Assembly: GCA_003427395.1 (NCBI GenBank)
Contig: BFEA01000012.1
Span: forward strand, 2,391,836 to 2,455,835
DNA length: 64,000 nt
Origin: Chara braunii
Taxonomy: Eukaryota; Plantae; Charophyceae
Reading direction: 5' to 3'
The notes below the pieces were generated by a model, which was given only the letters and a program-made list of their open reading frames with translations, was not told where the DNA came from and did not search any database. The position numbers and the translations under genes were made by a program. Positions 61,130-64,000 of the stretch are shown here, piece after piece (positions within the stretch are counted from its first letter, which is position 1; the number at the start of each line of letters is the position of its first letter).

Positions 61130-62450
61130 GTGTCGTACTGGCAGTCTCGCGGATCACTATCCCTCCTTGGCGAGGCGTTCGAGGTTGCTTGTAGAAGTAG
61201 AGGACTCTCAAGTCGACCAATTCGTCGACGGCCTCGGGACGCCCTCGGTAAGCCATGTTGGCTTCCCTGCACATCTCTTGGATCGTTGCCATGCTCTTCT
61301 TGGAGAGGAACTTCTTTATTTGCTTCCGGAAGGCAGCTTCGGTTTTGCTATCGACGTCCACCGGGGCTCCTTCCCAGAGTGTAGATTCGTAGACAGGGTA
61401 GCCAGTCCCATCCTTCCGTTGTTTGTTCTTCACTTTCGTTATCTGAGGACCAGCGGGTTCCTCTAGGATTCGTGTAGGAGGTTCCTCCATGGCTGTCTGT
61501 CTTCCCATCTTCGCAGGTGTTCCAGCAGGGCTAGCTTGACCTCCAGATGTTTGGCCAGCTTGTCTTTTTCTTTTCTCCAGTCTATCTTTTTGAGTCTCAT
61601 CTTCTTCATCATCAGAATCCGAAGTGTGTTGGGGCGAATCCTGTTTTGCCTTAGCTTCAACAGTTCTGTCCGTAATCATTACCCCTTTCAGCTTGTTCTC
61701 CAATCTTCTCTCGAACTCCTCCTCCATCGATTTTTTCTGTTTCGCTAACATCTTTTCGAATTCCCAGTTTCTTTTCGCCTCCTTCAGATCTTTAGCCTTT
61801 TTTTTCTTTATCGCAATTCTATTTCATTCTTCCCGTGCTTCTCTCTCCTCCTCTGCTTTCTTCCTTCTTTCCTCAGCCTCCTTTATTTGCTTCTTTTCTT
61901 CCTCCTCTCTCTCCATCTGTCTTTTGATGAAAATCGCCATGCTCTTCAGTGAGTCCACAACTTCGTTGCTAAGTACTGCAGTCTTCGGTTGATCAGCACA
62001 CGCATCTGAGCTGCTTGAGGCTTCAAATACTTGCTGCCCCTGATTACTCATCGCAGGTCCTTGATTATTAAATCAAGGTGCGTGGCATTCACGAGAGATG
62101 TGCCCATAAAGGCCGCAGTTATAACACTTGGGTCCTCTTCTTTGTCCACCTCCCCCATTGTTCCATCCTCCATTGTTGCCGCCATTGTTCCAGTTGCTTC
62201 CGCCATTGTTACCACCGTTTCCGTTGTTCCATCCTCCTCCATTACCATTGTTCCAACTTCCTCCCCCTCCGTTCCCATTGTTCCATTCTCCCCCATTTCC
62301 GTTGGTCCAGCCACCGCCCCCATTTCCGGTCCATCCACCCTGACCACCATTACCACCAGTACCACCGTTCCAATTTCCCCTATTGCCATTCAGTGGACCG
62401 CGTGGTCCCGTACCGAAGCCAAACCCGCCATTAACTTCGTTTCCATTCAT
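61074..62450 (-). pseudogene. PLE ORF1: Gly/Asn/Trp-rich region, CCHC zinc knuckle, coiled coil, possible SAP-like motif
   Basis: ORFs 62073-62450 (CYNCGLYGHISREC), 61824-62051 (E/K/R-rich) and 61074-61751 (MATIQEMCREANMAYRGRPEAVDELVDLR); overlaps the ORF2 start. Confidence 0.8.
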
Positions 62451-63265
62451 CTAGTAAAAACTAATCTCCCAAACGTAACAGAGATCTACAGATTCAAATT
62501 CGAGAAAGAGAAAGGAACAAGGGTCACAGGTGCTACCTAGTAAGAGAGGTTCGACCGCCTAAGACTACAAGGTCACCAAACCAAGTAAGCCTCCTGGCCG
62601 GTTGCCGCTGCCTTTACTAACTGGAGTTGAGAAGCGAGAGCTTATGTCAGCAATCCGAAATCAGCAATAGACAAAAACACACGCAAGTAACCTACACGCC
62701 TATAGATTTTGAAGCCATTCTGCTCAGCGAACAAAACATTAAAAATTGTCAAAGATGGGGGTGTCAAAACGTGCTCGTCCACTCACTATTTTGTTTTTTT
62801 TCACTTTTAACTTTTTATTTTCACTTTATATCGGGGCCTAAACAATTTTATTATTTTTTTTGAAAAAATTTGAACGAGTTATTGATTATGTAAACTACAT
62901 ATGTGTAAATTTTCAGGGCATTTGTCAATGCCAAAAAATAACTAAAAATCGGCAAAGACGGCGGTGTCGAAAAGGTGCTGTCATAGTGTTTATTTTCTGT
63001 ATTTGATTTTTAATTCAAATTTGGTAAAGAATTTGGATGTTGTGCCCAGGCAAATGTTGTTAAGTTTATTTATGTCCATAACATAGTTTTGTTTCGGAAT
63101 TGTTTGAAAACTTTGTTTGTTTTTTTTGTTTGTTTTTTTTTGTCCGCGTTCGGCCCGAACGGCCGAACGCCTGCCGAAGGGGTCCCGTACGTTCGGGCAT
63201 TCGGGTTCGGGCGTTCGGCCCGTCCCGAACGCCGGTAACTTTGTATATATATATATATATGTATA

Positions 63266-63902
63266 CAGAGTTGCCAGGCCGAACGTACGGAGGCCCCTAA
63301 GCTGACCTTCGAACGTTCGAGCGTTCGGGTCCCCGTACGGGGCCCGAGCTCGAAGGGGTTCGGACCCCGTAAAAAATTAGTTTGGTACCTGAAAATTATT
63401 ATTGTTTTCTGATTTTTGTTTTTTGAGTTCTCTGTTATGTTAGCTACCTGTCTCTCAATTTAGAAGTCATTCTGTGGAGCCAAACAATAATGAAAAATCG
63501 GCAAAGATGCTGGTGTCAAAACTTGCTTTCCCATTTACTAATTTGTTTTTTTTCTCTTTTCACTTTTTGTTTTCCCTTTATTTCGGGGCCTGAAAAAAAT
63601 TATTATTTTTTTAAACTTTATTTGTAGGTTCTCTATTATGTAAGATACATATGTATAAAGTTTCATGGCATTTGACAAAGCCAAAAAAAAAAAGAAAAAT
63701 CGCCAAAGATGGCGGTGTCAAAAACTTGCTCGCCCACACAATAATTTCATTCTCGTTTTATTTTATTTTTATTTTCATTAATATTATTTATTTTTCGTAT
63801 TTGATTTTTATTTCAAATTTGGTAAGGAATTTGGATGTACTGTTGAGGCAAATATTGTTTGATTTATTCTTCTGCATGACATTGTTTGTTTTCAGAATTT
63901 TT

Positions 63903-63941
<39 letters not shown>

Positions 63942-64000
63942 CGCGTTCGGCCGAACGTCCGAACGCATGGAGAGGGGGTCCCAAACGTTCGGGCGTTCGG
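63266..64000 (+). mobile_element. Related uninterrupted MITE, running off the window end
   Basis: cagagttgccaggccgaacg after (TA)n; internal similarity to 57157-57340 plus 62698-63243. Confidence 0.85.

Larger units (their letters stand above)
57341..62686 (-). mobile_element. Penelope-like retroelement with N-terminal GIY-YIG (Naiad/Chlamys-type order), decayed
   Basis: TSD gtaacctacac (57330-57340, 62687-62697); ~64-bp direct terminal repeats (57341-57404, 62622-62685); GIY-YIG then RT; hammerhead ribozyme. Confidence 0.9.
57157..63243 (+). mobile_element. MITE (gttcgg/ccgaac repeats) in (TA)n, split by the Penelope-like insertion
   Basis: TIR caaggttacc / ggtaactttg, TA flanks; the two halves join to match the uninterrupted relative at 63266+. 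Confidence 0.85.

Overview
Repeat-dominated eukaryotic nuclear DNA with several N gaps. A green-plant/streptophyte alga such as Chara is inferred from the plant-type 18S relic and the repeat and ORF style; this is not proven. I found no intact host gene, and most ORF-track entries are artefacts of microsatellites or repeats. Supportable content: (1) a decayed 5.3-kb Penelope-like retroelement (57341-62686, minus strand) with GIY-YIG placed N-terminal to RT, an extra gag-like CCHC ORF1, a minimal hammerhead ribozyme, short direct terminal repeats and an 11-bp TSD, nested in a MITE; (2) an ~11.4-kb candidate TIR element (29151-40595) with two divergent pseudogenes (an orphan ORF and a multi-exon gene ending in a Ulp1/C48 SUMO protease) separated by CpG-rich tandem and palindromic arrays, reminiscent of the Arabidopsis VANDAL layout; (3) a ~2.3-kb tandem duplication carrying orphan Cys/His-rich coding segments with synonymous-biased divergence plus an hAT transposase fragment; (4) a spliced KDZ/Zisupton-like transposase exon; (5) two 18S rRNA pseudogene fragments; (6) a 2.8-kb LTR with PPT, an L1-like fragment, tRNA-derived SINE heads, many MITEs, long hairpins, two related satellites and microsatellites. 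All translations and alignments were done by eye, so boundaries are approximate unless TSDs, TIRs or splice sites are quoted.
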